NCBI GenBank assembly: GCA_010015585.1
Contig: ML975149.1
Direction: 5' to 3' (one strand)
Origin: Eremomyces bilateralis CBS 781.70
Taxonomy: Eukaryota
DNA length: 22,163 bases
The translations under genes and the position numbers were made by a program. A model generated the notes under the pieces. It did no database searches. It saw only the letters and a list, made by a program, of their open reading frames with translations, and was not told where the DNA came from. Position 1 is the first letter of the stretch, and every line of letters starts with the position of its first letter. Of the stretch, positions 9,996 to 19,476 are shown in pieces.

Positions 9996-10766
9996 CTAAT
10001 CAGCACCCTCCAGTAGCTTCTCTTCAATACTTTCCAAGTCCTCCACTTCCTCAATCTCAACGACCTTTCCCACCTCCGCCGTGCTTCGCATGAGCTCCTT
10101 GGCGCCGGCGTATAACATCCGTACCTCTTGGTTGCAGTTGACCGGTAGGTAATAGAGCATGACGTAGGGGACGGAGAGGCGGCCGGAGGGCTGCGGCTGG
10201 GTTAGTATCAACGACCTGGGTGAATGTGCCAAAAGAAACAGGAGAATGTCGCTGAGGCGTTGACTCGTACCAGGGTGAGTGGATAGGATAATAGGACGTA
10301 TCGAGGCGCGTGATCGGGTAGTTCATCCCCTAAGGCAGATATGTCGGTGTACACCTCTCCATCTTCGGGGGATATTTCCAGGGTTTTTTTGTCGATTGAA
10401 TCTACGGAAGATGTGATAAGCCATTGTCCTCCCACTTGCAGCCGAACAGATGGCAAATGATGTGATCGTAAAGCATAACTCTTGAGTCGACACCCCGATC
10501 TGATGTACAGGAAATCGAATGATAGTAGAGAAGCAGACTCGATTACAAGACTGTCGACAATGACTGAAAATGACTCAATATAACGGAACAGACAAGGGAT
10601 GTCCATACAAATGACCGCCTGAGGATCCTTTGCACGAGAGGTTCCTAGGCGGAATTTCCGTAGTCTATCTTTTGTCTCCTGGGAGAAGGTATAAAGCCGT
10701 GACTCTGATGCCTATAATACCTGATCAACTCATTTCCATGATAAGACGCTCAAGAACACATACCAT
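9996..10766 (-). CDS. AIM7: Glia maturation factor (ADF-H domain, Arp2/3 debranching), 4 exons: complement(join(9996..10190,10271..10401,10609..10711,10764..10766)), 143 aa
   Basis: Spliced product MASESRLYTFSQETKDRLRKFRLGTSRAKDPQAVIYSIDKKTLE...DELPDHAPRYVLLSYPLTLPSGRLSVPYVMLYYLP.NC....RMLYAGAKEL. Introns of 52, 207 and 80 nt are all GT-AG and keep the frame. Exon 1 encodes only the ATG. Confidence 0.92.
10458..10554 (-). ncRNA. Candidate intronic structured RNA with hairpin-ANANNA-hairpin-ACA (H/ACA-like) layout
   Basis: Sense strand of GMF intron 2: ACAG/CUGU plus AAUCGAGU/AUUCGAUU hairpin, then ACAUCA, then a GAUCG/CGAUC-closed hairpin, then ACA. No target identified and the element is short (~97 nt). 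Confidence 0.3.
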
Positions 10767-11182
10767 GATTGCGGGGGGGGGTTGGAGTTGGAGGGAGCGC
10801 GGCGGTGTAACCAGCAAACAATCACCTTGTATATTACGTGAAAAGCTTGGCTGGAGGGATCCAAGCCCGTACTATATAAGATGAATCGTAACAATGATGT
10901 ATAAATACCAGTACTGTGAATATAGTTGATGTCTGTTGACAATGATATTGCTATTGTTCAACACAAAGCCCACGTGCCCCTCTCTGCACAACAATGAGCA
11001 CCCCACTTCCGAGATTGACCGCTCGGCGCTCTCACAGCTCACTCATGAATTCACCATCCCACCGAAGCTAGACCCATCCAGGCTTCCGCTGTCGTGATAT
11101 CAAGCTCTGCTGTGAACCGTTTCTCGGAATCCTTTCAACCTTCTCTGCCATGCTATCTGTCATCTAACCTGTGAATATCCTC

Positions 11183-12328
11183 ATGTTACCCCGCTTAAAT
11201 CAATTGGGAAGACAATTGATCAAGCCGCGACCAAACTCCCTGCACATATCCACGCCTGTCAGTACTGCAATACCCACCGCTCGGAAGATGGCGACCCCCG
11301 TAACAGCCGCGAATGTCTCACCGATCGAGACGGCTGCCGCCCTCATCATCGGGGATGAAGTGCTTGGAGGCAAGGTGAGAGACTAGGTCCGATCCATCGA
11401 CTTTGAGCTCCAAGCTGACCTGCAAACAGACCGTCGACACGAACTCCGCCTACTTCGCCCGATACTGCTTCTCACTAGGCATCAACCTGAAGCGAATCGA
11501 AGTGATCGCCGACGAGGAGGACGAGATCATCGAAGCGGTACGGCGGATGAGCAAGAACTACGACTTCGTCGTCACTAGCGGCGGCATCGGACCGACGTGA
11601 GCTGCATCCCTCCCCGTCTCCGGCTTCCACTGACATCTTCTGACCATTAGACATGACGATATCACCTACCAATCCATAGCCAAGGCGTTCAACCTTCCTC
11701 TAACCCTACACGACGAGGCCTTCGCGCGCATGAAGAAACTCTCAAGACCGCATCCGTCCCAAGCGAACTTCGATTGGGACGTCCCGTCGCCAGCGTTAAA
11801 TGCGAAGAAACGAATGGTAGAAATTCCGTATGACACATCGAAGCCAGACTCCGATCAAGTGATCTTCGTATCCGACGACCTCTGGGTGCCGCTCAGCGTC
11901 GTCAACGGCAACATCCACATCCTCCCTGGCGTGCCCCGAGTACGTTCCATCCCCTTCATGCTTCCAAATCCCACCACTAACCCCCCCAGCTCTTCGAGAA
12001 AATCCTCGACACTTACAAACCCCGCCTCGTCCCCCGCCTCTCCGACCCCGAAGGCAAAGGCGTCTACCGCATCATCATCTCCACGCCCCTCCCCGAATCA
12101 GAGGTGGCGCCGTTCCTCACCGAGCTTGCCGCGAAGGTCGAGCCGCGCGGCATCAAGGTCGGAAGCTATCCGCGCTGGGGGAAGCGACACAACACAGTGA
12201 CGTTGGTAGGGCGCGATCGCGCGTTCATGGACGGCTTGGTGGCGGAGGTGGAGGGAGGGGTCCAGGGGAAGAAGGTGGATTATGAAGGTCAGGATGATGA
12301 GACGAATGGGTTTAATAAGAATTTCTAG
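11183..12328 (+). CDS. Molybdopterin-binding-domain (MoCF_biosynth/CinA-like) protein similar to yeast Fpy1/YMR178W FAD pyrophosphatase; join(11183..11374,11430..11596,11651..11939,11990..12328), 328 aa
   Basis: Motifs [77 protein letters not shown]. Three canonical introns (55, 54, 50 nt) with CTGAC/CTAAC branch points restore the frame. Confidence 0.88.
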
Positions 12329-13180
12329 CGATGAGCGATGGTGTGGTTATTGTGGGAGTTTACTAAACGGAGTGCAGTGCGGACAGGTTCACGATGCGGT
12401 TCACGACACGGTTCCGGGAAAGGTGGCGATGGTGAGAGCTATTCGAAGGCATCTGTATGATCATCTCTCGGGGCGATTTTATCGAGGGATGAGGGAGACG
12501 ATGACGTGGGCACGAGCAGTTTAGAGTTTATACAGATATGACGGTTGATCTTCACTGGGAGCATGGTTCCCACAGGAGATCGAATGCATATAGTACCTTA
12601 CATGATGTGCATGACTTCCATCACCCATGGGCAAAGGAGGGCAAAGGGGTTGGGAGACAAATATAGATACCCACCAAAGCATCATCTCCAGAGCTATAAA
12701 ATTTTCAAACCATATTGTGCTTGACTCCAACTCCTTACCTAGCGAAGCTAGAGCAGATCTCGGATACCTATACTTATCTGCAAACCTACCTTATTTACGT
12801 ATTGATGGGTGATATGAGTGATCGAAGCGGCAACTCTTAAGATAGGGGAAGTTCGCTCTCTCATTCGTCACTGCGCCCTCGTTCATCACCCTCCACCCAC
12901 CTCCGAGGACAAAGTCACTTGGTACTAATCACGACGGCACTAACATCAGATAACAACATCACCGACCCTACTGACTGACCAGCCTGGCCGGCGCTTAGAA
13001 AGCCGGTCCCAGACATGAGCACACCGCTTCGAGCTCCTACCGCAGACGAGAAACAACAACAGCAGTGACACCACTGTGACGGGGTGCTTCGATTGAAAGC
13101 CATCAAGGACAGTAAGAGTTCATTCAGAGCAATGGCACTGCAATTGGTGTGATTTGCTCCCCCCCTCGCGGATGATCGGC

Positions 13181-13573
13181 ATGTTTTCCAGAACCCCTTC
13201 CAAAAAACAAAACCTAATCTCGCCCAACCTTCAACGCCATATCTATAATCTACCTCGTTTACCTACCATCAGTACATAAACTTCCCCATCCACTAATCCT
13301 CTCCACCCCATCCCAGCACGCAACGAAGTGAGAATACCCGCCTTTGCCGGTTCTGTATTTCTACAGTTCTATCGTTTCGTTCATCCCTATTCCTTACCAA
13401 TCGACGGGCTCTTCGCTCCGATATTCCCGCTCGGCGACCTTCACGGCCGCGACACGAGCCGGGCGGGGGAGGGTTGGCATGGATGGTTGGGTACGGATGG
13501 CGATGGCGCAACGATCACGGTGAGGTCCTGGGGCGGGGGATTGGGGCTGGGCCCTGGGGGGCTAGTCGGCTAG
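13181..13573 (+). CDS. Tentative orphan small gene, join(13181..13271,13317..13573), 115 aa
   Basis: ATG 13181; a 45 nt GTACAT..CTAAT..CAG intron removes the only in-frame stop and joins ORF 13328..13573. Shows the C-rich to G-rich profile of the real genes here. No recognisable homology. Confidence 0.2.
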
Positions 13574-15283
13574 GCCTGGTTGCCGATTTAGTTGTGGGAG
13601 AACGTGGACGGGGACAGGTTGTGTTGCCGGGGTGGGTGACGTTTGCACCTTGGGAAGAAGTGAGGGGGGCTGGGACTTGGGAGGGATGGATGGATGTACT
13701 ATGGGAGGCTGGGAGGGCAGATAGTGAGCAATTAAGCAGTGGAAAGCATAACTAGTTAACTACAAGAGGTTCTTTCAATAGAGGTGTTATTAGGCTTTCC
13801 CGTTGTGGAGACAAAACCAGCCGGAGAATAAACCTAATTCTTCGAGCCGTTTCTCAAGACCGTCCGCTCCGCCGCGGACCCTGACCCGGTCCTATTCCGT
13901 TTGCATACGCCATCTAGGTAGGTCTGATAACTGATTGTGATGCCATATCGGATCCCCAAACACCCAGCCCCTATCAAGTATTAATAACAAGAGCTGCATC
14001 GGAGCGCATGGATGTAGATGTTCTTTATTGGATCGACACCAGCCAACCACCGAATACCGATGGCGGAAATCGGAGCGGCATTCATCTCTAAGGGCTTTGC
14101 CGATCGCGATTCTCCCGCGTTGAGGGGGGCACGATTGCGAGGAAAGGGTGATATTTCGACCCAGCAAGACTTCCGGTGGCAGATGCTGTGAACCGTAGCG
14201 ACTTGCCTAGGCATCCGATCCCATCGATCATGCAGTGTCACGCTCGCATATCGATGGTCTCCTACGTCCCAGATCTCAACAAAGGCGGGAGTGGTGTAAA
14301 CGCGACGAATAGGCCGGCCTCGATTGTCGATGCATTGTGCACACACCATACATAGTAAAGGCCTCAGCCCTCAGGGCAGGCGGTTTATTGGGCGGTGGGA
14401 GAGGGCTGGATTTATTTGGGGACAGAAGGAATTGGTGAAGTAGTCCCTTGCGGTGACGATAGGAGGCCGACTGAGGAAAACTCTTCACCATCGGTCTGGA
14501 TTTCTTCCCTTACGCTTTGTGAAAGCAAACCTTTCGTGATCCATGCTTTCCACGTAACGGTCCTCTGTAAATTCCGTGATGGCGTTCCAGTTCCTCGTGG
14601 GCGAAGTCGCAAGGAAAGGGCGGACTGCGGAGGAAACAAGAGAAACGGCTCGGGAAGTTCGATGCATGAGGTTTAGCGTGGGTTGATTCCCTTTGCATAT
14701 CTTATCCAGATTGGGGTTTTCGAACTGCATGAATCGACCCGTAGTGGTCTGAGTTGTGGATATGACTTTTGCTAGGCGGTGGGGAGTTCAGGGCTTAGGG
14801 AAAGAAAGCTTTTGGAAGATGATATCTCCTTAAGAGCCTGAGACTCTGAATGGATGGAGGATGTTTCGATATAATTCAGCTGATGAGATTTTGGGCCATA
14901 CAATGTCAAGATCGAGTTCAATGCAAGCGCTCTTATTAGTGGGGGTTTGCCTTGAGACTGGTGGAGGCGGAGGAGCAGTAAATGGACTAGCCATGTAGGT
15001 GATGATCCATGGGTAGACATGGTTTTACCACACGATATGAACAATCACCAACCTACAATTGATGATGTGATGGATTCTATGAAAGGACCATTAGGGCATC
15101 TCATCACCAAACAATTCTAATCCCACATAATCTCCAATGGATTCGATATACGGAGGAAATGGGGAGAGAAGTAGAGGTGAAGCAATGCCAGCATGAATAA
15201 TGCGACAGCACAATAGTCTGCACATGGCTCTTGCATCGATCCAGGGCATCCAGGCAGCTTTGCAGCTCTTGCAGGCGGTGTGG

Positions 15284-15907
15284 CCAATCACTGCCCATTA
15301 CTCCCACCTACATTCAGAGCTCCTTCCCCCCTTCCCCCCCCAACCTTGGTAGTCACTCCTCCCAGTGCTCCCAGAGTTCCGCCTTCACCCCAAACTTGTA
15401 GTCTTGCACCCTCTGCACCTTCCCAGTTCCCACACCTTCTACGCTGCACCTTCCACAATCCACAGTCCACAACCTTCCAACCGCCAGTTTGGGTGATTCT
15501 TTGAGTGCCACAATTCATCCCCTTCGATTTCCACCACTTCGTCTTATACTATTACCACTGTCCATCCAATTCCTCCATCGCTTCCAACGCTCCTCCCATC
15601 GGTTAATCACAATAATCTTCGACTGTCCCGTCCGATCCTCTTCATCAATTGGTTGTGTGCAAACTCCAGCTCCCCCTCTCAACTCCATAGTAGTATCCCT
15701 CGTGGGCTGCTCTAAGAGTGCACTTCCATTGCAAAGCCCCCATCGCGCATTCTATTGCTCCGCCGCCTTTTCCCCTACGCTCCATTCCGTAGCCTCCTTC
15801 TCCACTTCCTAACCGTCCCGCTCGAGCTATCGTCTTCATCGTCCTCCGATCACTTCTCCGTCCAGGTCCTGCGTCGCGCAGTATCCGTTCTCCATCTCAA
15901 ATTCACT
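15284..15907 (+). promoter_or_regulatory. Ras promoter and long pyrimidine-rich 5' leader with a CCAAT box at 15284-15288
   Basis: GGCCAATCA followed by ~620 nt of CT-rich sequence. No ATG on + between 15227 and 15907. Confidence 0.45.
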
Positions 15908-17006
15908 ATGGCTTCAAAGGTACCCTATACTTCCTCTCTGTCCCCGCTGCACCGGTTACCCTTCTCATAGCATTTGTCGGTTGTGCTGGGGCAAACATCC
16001 CACACCCTTGCTCCCAGGTGCATGGAGAACCTGCAGACACCAACCTGCGCAAATTTCTCGAGACGACCAAAATCGCTGACTTGTCCCCATTCAACATGAT
16101 AGTTTCTACGAGAGTATAAGTTGGTAGTGGTCGGCGGTGGTGGTGTTGGCAAGTCTTGCCTGACCATCCAGCTCATCCAAGCCCACTTCGTCGACGAATA
16201 CGATCCGACGATAGAAGGTCCGTTATTTCGATCATATCCTCCCGTCCGAGATTCCGAGTTCCACACGGCCATCTCCAATCATCGACATCCTTCCCCGAGC
16301 TTGGCGGGTCCCGATCAAAGGCTAACTCACCGCAGATTCCTACCGCAAGCAGTGCGTCATCGACGATGAAGTCTCACTTCTCGACATCCTCGACACAGCC
16401 GGCCAGGAGGAGTACTCGGCGATGCGAGAGCAATACATGCGCACGGGAGAAGGATTCCTGCTCGTCTATTCAATAACCTCACGGCAATCATTCGAGGAGA
16501 TTATGACCTTCCAGCAGCAGATCCTACGCGTGAAGGATAAGGACTACTTCCCGATTATCGTGGTGGGCAATAAGTGTGATTTGGAGGGTGAGCGGGAAGT
16601 CTCGACACAAGGTTTGTGCTACCGATTGCTTCCCAGTCCAACGTATCGGAGTCCCCAATGTAGGAGTTTGTGCTCTCGGGATGGAAGGTGTCACAGTCCG
16701 AGCGGAGACATACCTCCAAAATCGAGAACTCCGCCAGATACTTTGCAATGTGAGGTTTCAATGCTGACAGATTGAACAGAGGGTGCCCAATTGGCCCGAC
16801 AGTTCGGCTGCCAATTCATCGAAACGTCCGCCAAGTCCCGCAAGAACGTGGAAGAGGCCTTCTATGAGATTGTCCGCGAGATCCGCAGATACAACAAGGA
16901 GATGTCCAAGTACGGCTCCGGCGTGCCGACCGGCAACGGCCCGCAAAAGCTGGAGATGGATGGCCACGATCATAGGCGCAGGTGCGGTTGCTGCTCAGTA
17001 ATGTGA
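15908..17006 (+). CDS. RAS1: Ras GTPase (Ras1/RasA type); join(15908..15919,16103..16217,16336..16611,16780..17006), 209 aa
   Basis: [25 protein letters not shown] (G1), YDPTIEDSY (effector loop), DTAGQEEY (G3), NKCD (G4), ETSAK (G5), CAAX box CSVM. Introns of 183, 118 and 168 nt are GT-AG with GCTGAC/GCTAAC branch points. Confidence 0.97.
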
Positions 17007-17594
17007 GGAGGACGGAGCGGAATGATGGGAGATGGTTGTGGAGGGAAGTTGAATACAGGATGGATGCATCCGATAGTCAAGATGGGGGAACGGCGGGCAT
17101 ATGACACCGACTATAAGACGCCACCTTAGCCCGGGTGTGCAGGAAACGAGAATTTCTACACGAGAGAGAACGCCGTGGTTCAGATATACCCGGCGCCAGC
17201 ACGATATTATTAGGTTTCCAGGGGACGAAGATGAAATTCGTTTCTTTTTTCTTGCTTTTTTCCCGCTCTTCTTATCCCCTCTAGAGATGGACGACTCGGC
17301 GCCTTTTCCCAGCAGCACAGCATTGGTTTCGCAACACCCACCCAACCATCCCCTTTTTTTTTCTGTTCGTCGACCGTCTCGCGAGATGTTTTGTCTCCGA
17401 CCCCCATTGCTTTGGTGTTTCTCCATTCGTCCACCATCCCCTTCTCCGATTTCCGCGCGCTCTCCCTTCCTGTCTCTCGCTCCCGACACGTAATCCACGT
17501 CCGTACAACACGCATAATTTCTTATTGAATCACATCATCATCACACCCAGAGTATCGGGGCTGTATAGAGAGGGGGAGGGGGGTTGACGGTGGG

Positions 17595-17617
17595 TGGATG
17601 GATGGATGGATGGATGG
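17595..17617. repeat. (TGGA)5 microsatellite within a G-rich tract
   Basis: tggatggatggatggatggatgg read directly, with degenerate copies to ~17646. Confidence 0.8.
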
Positions 17618-18184
17618 GCGATGGGGGTGGATGGGGTGGGTGGATGACGTAGCGTAGGTATAAATGGAAGAATGTTGGAAGATTTGGATCTGTGGGAGGG
17701 ATGTTTGTGTAGTGAGGCGTTGAATGTGGGACGGTAGTATCTGGTGAAGAGCACAGGACGCGGTGCATATACACTGGCCTTGCTTCGTTGCAGCGTGTCG
17801 ACCGGGTTTTGTTGCTATGCTTGTCTGGTCCTCAGTCGAGTTACCACTGTTCTCCTTGGTTGAGACGGCATCAACTGGAAGGAGTGAATCTAGTTAATAT
17901 CATCCCCATCCCTCCAGCCACCGAGTCCAGGTAGTCTGAATTGGATCGGATCGTACAAATCCCACCACCAAGTCTCCACGTGGACTTAAAGCGAACAACT
18001 TGGATCCATGGATTGGGGTATTCATTTCCGCTTACACCCGACTTTTCCAGCGCAGTATTCCCTTATTTACAATAGTCCTGACAGCATATCCGATAACTTT
18101 TCCGCCCTCCCTATACATTGATATCCTACAGTCCCACGCCCGTGACATCTCCCAAACGATTTCCTTTTCAGGGGAAAACCAATG

Positions 18185-18652
18185 TCATGACTCCCCCTCC
18201 CGCCCGTCCCCATTCCCCATCACCCCTCTCCTCCTCGTTCGCTCTACCTTCACAATCAAACTCTCCCGCTCCCCTCTTCCCTCCCACCCCATCCATCTCC
18301 CCACAACCCCTCCCGGCTTCGGCACCGGACACTCCCTCTCCCTCTCCCTCCCTATCCTCCTCCTCCTCCCATCCTCCCCTCCCCTCTCTATCTCCTCCCC
18401 AACCGTCCCAGCAACCACACACCCGCTCCCTCTCCCATCATCTCCCACCCTCCTCCTTCTTCGCTCATTCCGTACGCTCCCCGACCCCGACACCCCGTCC
18501 ATCTCCCCGTCCGCGAACGCGCGCCGGCGCCCCGTGTCGGAGGGGCAGGGGATCATATGCGGGAGAGAGACAACCAGGAAGGAAAGAAGAAGGGTGCTGG
18601 TAAAGAGGGAGAGGGTTTGGGAGGAGCGGGGGTGGAGGGGGGAGGGTGGCAT
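18185..18652 (-). CDS. Cytochrome c oxidase assembly factor COA2-like small mitochondrial protein, 155 aa
   Basis: MPP.LHPRS...SLFTSTLLLSFLVVSLPH.IPCP resembles the hydrophobic segment plus LPCPA motif of yeast Coa2. The RECPVPKPGG.VG...G motif is one I recall from Pezizomycotina homologues. The overlapping + ORFs are low-complexity shadows. Confidence 0.75.
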   Translation of the reverse strand: MPPSPLHPRSSQTLSLFTSTLLLSFLVVSLPHMIPCPSDTGRRRAFADGEMDGVSGSGSVRNERRRRRVGDDGRGSGCVVAGTVGEEIERGGEDGRRRRIGRERERECPVPKPGGVVGRWMGWEGRGERESLIVKVERTRRRGVMGNGDGREGES

Positions 18653-19476
18653 TGTTTATCGTGGGGAGTGAGCGGCGGTGAGGGTGGTGTTGTGGTGAGG
18701 AGATGGCTAGTGGGTTGGCATGGTGGTTGATAGGGGTGCTCTGGTGGTGTTAGTTGGGGGAAGGCTAATGAAGGGGATGTCGTGAGGGTCTAACAAATTG
18801 CGTGTGGTGATTCAGGGAGGTGTCGAGCTTCCGGTGCAATTGGCGTTGGTCGGTCGCGGAGAATGTCCACTCGCGTCCGCTACGAGTGTTGAAGGAGCGG
18901 AAGGGTGAGAAGTGAACGTGTGGTTTCGGATGATGATCACGAGCTGATGAATTGGCGATCCAGCAAGCTTGGAGGTTGCGATGGATCGATATCTGGAAAC
19001 TTGCACCGGTTCGGAAATCTCCGGGATTGGTGGAGATGCTGGGATGACCCTTGTAATTCTCGTGTGGCGCTCAGTGTGGCGGTGGCATCGCGAATTGATG
19101 CGATAACTGGAATTCATCGTTTCATTATTCAGACCGTACCTCTAGTGTCCAGTCCCGTTTCACCTTCGACGACATATTTGGATCTTGTTCGGCGTCCCGG
19201 TATACCAAGTTGCTTCCATTGTTTCTGTCCCACGCCGCATTAAGCCTACCTGGAATATTCCCTGGATTCACCCACTAAGCGTTTCTGAGCAGTCATACCA
19301 TCCTTTTCCTATATCCACTTCACGAGACAGCTCACCACGCGCTCCGCCCGCGACAATCGCCATCCTGGAGTCTCTATTTCCGTAAAATTCCATAAACCCC
19401 AAAGCGCCGAACCAGCACGCGAGCGGCTCCACGCATTGCGAGGCTCCCGTAGCCGGTACGCGCCCTAGCGTCCGAG

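Noticed and set aside
10458..10567. C/D-box-like motifs on the + strand (ATGATGT ... CTGA ... CTGA)
   Set aside because: Antisense to the host intron, imperfect box C and no recognisable rRNA guide; the G-U pairs favour the - strand structure.
12386..12418. Short imperfect 12-nt tandem repeat (GGTTCACGA...)
   Set aside because: About 2.5 copies in a 3' region; consistent with slippage and not CRISPR-like.
12330..15280. Telomerase RNA or RNase P/MRP RNA in the long intergenic region
   Set aside because: No exact TAACCCTAA-type template or convincing P4 (CR-I/CR-V) motifs seen on either strand; ACCCTGACCC near 13878 is only a near match.
18000..18671. + strand ORFs 18000..18671 and 18118..18603
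   Set aside because: Pro/Ser/Leu low-complexity antisense shadows of the COA2-like gene.
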